Source of the DNA: Candidatus Parcubacteria bacterium
Lineage (GTDB): Bacteria; Patescibacteriota; Patescibacteriia; Magasanikbacterales; UBA922
Assembly (NCBI GenBank): GCA_002869205.1
Contig: PKTJ01000043.1
Location: 1-42,064, forward strand
Direction of reading: 5' to 3'
Length of the DNA: 42,064 bases
A program made the translations under genes and the position numbers. The notes under the pieces are model-generated. The model was not told where the DNA came from, made no database searches, and saw only the letters and a program-made list of their open reading frames with translations. Below are positions 37,521 to 42,064 of the stretch, piece by piece (the first letter of the stretch is position 1; the number at the start of each line of letters is the position of its first letter).

Positions 37521-40205
37521 ATGAAAGAATTACCAAAAGCTTACGAACCAAAGCAATACGAAGATGATATTTATAAACGCTGGGAAGAGAGCGGGTTTTT
37601 TAATCCTGATACTTGTATTGAAAAAGGTGTGTGTGAGAAAGACGCAGAGACATTTAGTATCGTACTTCCTCCACCAAATGTTACTGGTACGCTTCACATC
37701 GGACATGCAGTAATGCTTGCAATTGAAGATGTAATGGTTAGATATCATAGAATGAAAGGGGATCGAACCTTGTGGATTCCAGGGACTGACCACGCTGCCA
37801 TTGCTACTCAAGAGAAAGTGGAGCGTATTTTGTGGGACGAAGAAAAAAAGACACGTCATGATCTCGGACGTGAAGAATTTCTGGATAAAGTAAATACATT
37901 TGCAAGTGATAGTCATGATCGTATCGTAAATCAAGCAAAAAAAATGGGGACGTCAATGGATTGGTCTCGTGAATATTATTCACTTGATGAGGACCGTAAT
38001 CTTGCAGTGAGAAAAGCTTTCAAAAAAATGTACGACGAAGGGCTGATCTATAGAGGTGATCGTATTGTAAATTGGGATCCAAAAATGCAATCAAATGTTT
38101 CTGATATTGAAGTAGTGAGAAAAGAAGAAAAAGCCTCCTTTTATTATTTTCAATATGGTCCATTTGTAATTGGAACATCTCGACCTGAAACTAAATTTGG
38201 TGATAAGTACGTGGTAATGCATCCAGATGACAAGAGATATAAAGATTATAAGCATGGTGATACATTTGAGTGCGAATGGATTAATGGTAAAATCGTTGCA
38301 ACTATTATAAAAGATGAAGCAGTGGATCCAGAGTTTGGAACAGGTGTCATGACAATCACACCTTGGCATGATGCAACTGACTTTTTTATGGCGGAACGTC
38401 ATAATTTAGACAAAGAACAAGTAATTGATTTAGATGGGAATCTAATGAGCATTGCTGGAGAGTTTTCTGGTATGCATATTCTAGATGCTAGACCAAAGAT
38501 TGTTGAGAAGCTTAAGGAAAAAGGTTTGCTCGTCCGTGTTGATGAAGATTATTTGCACGCCAAAGCTACTAATAGCCGTGGTGGAGGACTTATAGAGCCA
38601 CAAATTATGAAACAATGGTGGGTGGATGTTAAGAAAAAATTTACTGTAGAGGATTCAAAGATCGAAGGAATTGACAGCGGAAAAGATTATAGTCTAAAAG
38701 AAATTTTACAGCATGTTGTAAGATCAAAACAGATAGATATTTTACCAGAACGATTTGAAAAGAATTATTTTAATTGGGTTGATAATTTGCTTGACTGGTG
38801 TTTGTCACGCCAACTTTGGTTTGGTCATCAGGTTCCTGCTTGGTATAGAGGTGATGAGGTGTACGTAGGTGTTGATGCACCAGAAGGCGAAGGGTGGACA
38901 CAAGATCCAGACACACTCGATACTTGGTTTAGTGCAGGGATGTTTAGCTTTACCCCACTTGGTGGTATTGATGAGGAGACTGATGATCTTAGAGACTACC
39001 ATCCCACAAGTGTTTTAGAAACTGGATATGACATTCTTACTTTTTGGGTAGTCCGCATGATTTTGATGACTACCTACTTGCGTAATGAGATTCCATTTAA
39101 GACAGTATACTTGCATGGATTAGTTCGTGACGAGATCGGGCGTAAGATGAGTAAATCATTGGATAATATTATAGATCCATTAGACGTTTCAGAAAAGTTT
39201 GGGACTGATGCAGTTCGACTATCTCTTATTATTGGTGCTTCACCTGGTAATGATTCAAAGTTAAGCGTAGAGAAGATTGGTGGATTTAGAAATTTTGCCA
39301 ATAAGCTTTGGAATATTAGTAGGTTCATGCTTATTAATATTGATGATCCCAAAGTAGACGCTCCACATCCTCAACCAAATACAGTGGCAGATAGTAATAT
39401 TTTGGTTAAGTTGACAAGTATTATTCACGAGGTGACAAAAGATGTTGAAGAATATCGTTTTTCAATGGCTGGTGAAAAACTTAGAGATTTTACATGGAAT
39501 GAGCTTGCTGATTGGTATCTTGAAATTGCGAAAATTGAAGAAAATAAATCAGATATATTAAATTTTATTTTAAATACCATTTTGAAACTCTGGCATCCAT
39601 TTATGCCATTTGTTACAGAAGCAATATGGCAAGAGATGTATGGTGAGGACGAATTGCTAATGGTAGAAAAATGGCCAGAATTGAAATCACATACAAGCAC
39701 TGGTTATGTGTTGAATTGGAGCAAAGAAGAAATTACAGTCACAGAACAATTTTTAATATTAAAAAATATAGTTACCAAAACTCGCTCTCTTAGGGGAGAT
39801 TACAAAATCGATCCAGTTAAAAAGTTAAATATAGTCATTTCTGCCGGAGATAAAAAAGATATGCTTTTGGAAAATACCGAGGTAATAAAACGATTAGCAC
39901 GATTGGAAGATTTACAAATTGAAGAAAAAATAGAAAAACCAGAACAATCAGTTGGGTTTGTTGAAGCAGGTCTGGACGTGTATGTGAATTTAGAAGGTGT
40001 AGTAGATTTTGAAAAAGAAAAAACACGTCTCACAAAAGAAATTAAACAACTTGAAGGATACATCGGTGGTTTAGACAAAAAACTGAGTAATGAAAAGTTT
40101 GTAAGTAGCGCCCCAGAAGACGTAGTAGAAAAAGAAAAAGAAAAATTAAAAGAGGGGAATGAGAAACTGGAAAAATTAAAGACCCAACTCGAATCATTGC
40201 AATAA
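37521..40205 (+). CDS. valS: Valine--tRNA ligase
   Basis: PPPNVTGTLHIGH, GTDHAAIATQ, DWCLSRQLWFGH, DTLDTWFS, KMSKS and a C-terminal coiled coil (LSNEKFV..AP). Confidence 0.99.
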   Translation: MKELPKAYEPKQYEDDIYKRWEESGFFNPDTCIEKGVCEKDAETFSIVLPPPNVTGTLHIGHAVMLAIEDVMVRYHRMKGDRTLWIPGTDHAAIATQEKVERILWDEEKKTRHDLGREEFLDKVNTFASDSHDRIVNQAKKMGTSMDWSREYYSLDEDRNLAVRKAFKKMYDEGLIYRGDRIVNWDPKMQSNVSDIEVVRKEEKASFYYFQYGPFVIGTSRPETKFGDKYVVMHPDDKRYKDYKHGDTFECEWINGKIVATIIKDEAVDPEFGTGVMTITPWHDATDFFMAERHNLDKEQVIDLDGNLMSIAGEFSGMHILDARPKIVEKLKEKGLLVRVDEDYLHAKATNSRGGGLIEPQIMKQWWVDVKKKFTVEDSKIEGIDSGKDYSLKEILQHVVRSKQIDILPERFEKNYFNWVDNLLDWCLSRQLWFGHQVPAWYRGDEVYVGVDAPEGEGWTQDPDTLDTWFSAGMFSFTPLGGIDEETDDLRDYHPTSVLETGYDILTFWVVRMILMTTYLRNEIPFKTVYLHGLVRDEIGRKMSKSLDNIIDPLDVSEKFGTDAVRLSLIIGASPGNDSKLSVEKIGGFRNFANKLWNISRFMLINIDDPKVDAPHPQPNTVADSNILVKLTSIIHEVTKDVEEYRFSMAGEKLRDFTWNELADWYLEIAKIEENKSDILNFILNTILKLWHPFMPFVTEAIWQEMYGEDELLMVEKWPELKSHTSTGYVLNWSKEEITVTEQFLILKNIVTKTRSLRGDYKIDPVKKLNIVISAGDKKDMLLENTEVIKRLARLEDLQIEEKIEKPEQSVGFVEAGLDVYVNLEGVVDFEKEKTRLTKEIKQLEGYIGGLDKKLSNEKFVSSAPEDVVEKEKEKLKEGNEKLEKLKTQLESLQ

Positions 40206-40232
40206 AAAAATCCCTCGTATGAGGGATTTTTT
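40205..40232. terminator. Bidirectional terminator
   Basis: aaaaaatccctc-gtat-gagggatttttt. Confidence 0.8.
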
Positions 40233-40245
40233 AATTTATATTATG

Positions 40246-41310
40246 TTATGCTGCATGAGCAAATCCAAAATTTTCAGCAAGTTGTTCAAATGCCATATCT
40301 TTTCGTAATTCTTGGCGCTGTGTTGCAAGATCTATAGACGTGTCATATTTATCAAAACGTTTTTTGAGTTGCTTTTGTACAGCATCTGGAACATGTGAGA
40401 TATCAGCTGGTATGTTATCTCCATCTTCTGTCTTGGATCCTTCAAAAAACATTTGTTTTCTTCCTTTTGCCCATCCTATCTGTACCTTATCCCAGCCTTT
40501 TATCTTTTTTTCAACCTTCTCTTTTGTTTCATCATTTACTTTCTTCCCATCTCTGTAAGTCGTGAACGCTTGAAGTATATAGGGGTTTTGTTCAAGAAGA
40601 AAAGAATCTCCTTCAAGCATGTATGTCTCTGGTGCCATACTAGAGCCTCCGATATCAGCATAGGCAATTAAGTGTGCTTGCCATGGAGCTTCTGTATCTA
40701 ATTGTTGGTATATGGTGCCAGTGCTTAGGTCAAAGTTTTTTGGTTTTGTTCCCTCAATGGCGTGTTTAATAATATTTCTATACAGTTCTTTTGTTTCTTC
40801 ATCAGCAATGTGTTCTTGGAGATGTGCTTCTATTTCCACAAGCGCTTGTTCTATGCTGATATCTTCGTTTGTTCCGGATTTGTAGTTTCGAATATTTTCA
40901 TCATCTCCATGACCATATGGTACAATTTTTGTTTCTTGTCCTATATCATGCATGGCTGCGGCATATTTTAGAATTGCTTTCATTTCTTCTGAAATATGTA
41001 CGCTTGGATCATCAGAGTTATTTATTTCTTCACACATTTCTTCCACTCGTATTACAATTTTTTCACTATGGTTTCTGTTGTGAAAGGGGAGTTGCTCGTT
41101 TATATTTTGTGTGAATGGCTCAAATGCATTTTGTTCGTATCCAACAAATTGTTCATCTTCCACAGGGTTTGGCATACCATCTTGGTAGGATCCATATCTT
41201 TCTCCCACAGACTGAAGAACATGTATAGTTTTCTCTTCCATAATTTTTGTGAGTTCGGTTTTTTCTCCGACTTCTCGGGGGTCTACCGTTGTCTGTCTAT
41301 CATCTCTCAT
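40246..41310 (-). CDS. HD-superfamily metal-dependent phosphohydrolase
   Basis: PFHNRNH...AAMHDIG...TNEDIS...AYADIG, the H..HD..D arrangement of HD/PDEase domains. Confidence 0.75.
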   Translation of the reverse strand: MRDDRQTTVDPREVGEKTELTKIMEEKTIHVLQSVGERYGSYQDGMPNPVEDEQFVGYEQNAFEPFTQNINEQLPFHNRNHSEKIVIRVEEMCEEINNSDDPSVHISEEMKAILKYAAAMHDIGQETKIVPYGHGDDENIRNYKSGTNEDISIEQALVEIEAHLQEHIADEETKELYRNIIKHAIEGTKPKNFDLSTGTIYQQLDTEAPWQAHLIAYADIGGSSMAPETYMLEGDSFLLEQNPYILQAFTTYRDGKKVNDETKEKVEKKIKGWDKVQIGWAKGRKQMFFEGSKTEDGDNIPADISHVPDAVQKQLKKRFDKYDTSIDLATQRQELRKDMAFEQLAENFGFAHAA

Positions 41311-41448
41311 AAAGCTTTATTTAAGTATATTTGTGAAAGGTACTGTACCTTTTTTTCTATATTTATGTCAATAAAAAAATATATCTTGCGATATATGTAT
41401 ATTTGGTGGGAATGCAACCAGGGGTGAGCCTAGCTACAAACCCCTGGC

Positions 41449-41583
41449 CTAGGCAGCCCGCTGTCGGTCAGCCGCGTCTTTCGCGGCTTCGAATTCCTTC
41501 GAGGGGGCCTTCTTTGGCCTCCGGGGGGACTTCACTTCCTTCGCGGGAGCCGCCTTGACCTCGACCTTCGTGGTCTCGGTCAT
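41449..41583 (-). CDS. 44-aa Lys/Ala-rich small protein in a high-GC island (not in the ORF track)
   Basis: MTETTKVEVKAAPAKEVKSPRRPKKAPSKEFEAAKDAADRQRAA*. AGGAGGT ends 4 nt before the ATG, and 34 of 43 codons end in G/C. Confidence 0.6.
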   Translation of the reverse strand: MTETTKVEVKAAPAKEVKSPRRPKKAPSKEFEAAKDAADRQRAA

Positions 41584-41623
41584 GGTGACCTCCTCTTCCC
41601 TTACGGGATTTAGATGCACCGTT

Positions 41624-41653
41624 AATATATACTACATTACTATGCTTTGTCAA
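41624..41653 (-). promoter_or_regulatory. Sigma70-type promoter for the high-GC transcript
   Basis: TTGACA (41653-41648), 18-nt spacer, TATATT (41629-41624). The GC-rich segment begins just downstream at about 41620. Confidence 0.6.
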
Positions 41654-41761
41654 TACTAAAACTCACAAAAAACTTGAACAATTAGTCAAATATTGTTAAT
41701 ATAGCACTAGAGTTATTCACAAAAAGTGGATATTTTCTGTGTATTTTTTAAATAAATTTGT

Positions 41762-42064
41762 ATGAAGGTCTCTACTGATCCACAAAAAATCGAAGAAGCA
41801 TTGTCTCGATCTATTGATACGATCTACCCAAAGAAAGAAGACTTTAAAAAATTACTTGAGTCAGGACAGCAATTGACGATGTATGTTGGTATTGACCCAA
41901 CAGCGACGTATGTTCACCTTGGTCATGCCACTAATTATATTATTCTCAAGAGATTTCATGAGCTTGGACACAAAATCATTGTGCTTGTGGGAGACTTCAC
42001 TGCAAAGATTGGGGACCCAAGTGACAAGAATGCCGCACGAAAGCGTCTGACTGACGAAGATGTA
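41762..42064 (+). CDS. tyrS: Tyrosine--tRNA ligase, N-terminal part (runs off the window)
   Basis: Hand translation: MKVSTDPQKIEEALSR...YVGIDPTATYVHLGH...LVGDFTAKIGDPSDKNAARKRL. Confidence 0.96.
   Translation, partial: MKVSTDPQKIEEALSRSIDTIYPKKEDFKKLLESGQQLTMYVGIDPTATYVHLGHATNYIILKRFHELGHKIIVLVGDFTAKIGDPSDKNAARKRLTDEDV

Noticed and set aside
357-41427. Numerous short antisense or alternate-frame ORFs in the track
   Set aside because: They overlap well-supported genes and show no recognisable motifs, so they are treated as shadow ORFs.
41404-41620. Canonical tmRNA, tRNA, SRP RNA or RNase P RNA
   Set aside because: Despite an AA-ending frame, a pseudoknot and a CCA end, there is no T-arm (GTTCRA), no GGGG acceptor 5' end, no RNase P GAGGAAAGTCC and no convincing SRP helix-8 motif.
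41468-41653. 61-aa ORF from the ORF track
   Set aside because: Its TTG start is the -35 box itself and it has no SD. The overlapping 44-aa frame has an SD, an ATG and GC3 bias.

Overview
AT-rich bacterial chromosomal window, mostly coded on the + strand. It reads like a Patescibacteria (CPR) genome; this is inferred from the general lack of Shine-Dalgarno sites, the giant acidic Ser/Thr-rich surface proteins and the degenerate DHH and TrmB genes. Housekeeping genes are pdxT (partial), pdxS, yebC, ruvC, gap, pgk, eno, two tandem gpmI, valS and tyrS (partial). About half of the window encodes four giant exported proteins forming two paralogous pairs, each pair with a constant anchor/stalk and a different adhesin-like head. 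Most notable observations: (1) a GxxExxY nuclease gene between gap and pgk is flanked by ~35-bp inverted repeats, and the same repeats occur as a gene-less 42-bp palindrome between the two gpmI genes, both copies starting at a TAG stop; (2) a ~61% GC island holds an un-called 44-aa ORF with its own promoter, a perfect SD, high-GC codon usage and a predicted pseudoknot over its stop; (3) three orphan proteins end in Ala-Ala, one closely resembling the ssrA tag; (4) several other REP-like palindrome families are present. No rRNA, tRNA, CRISPR array or transposase was found.
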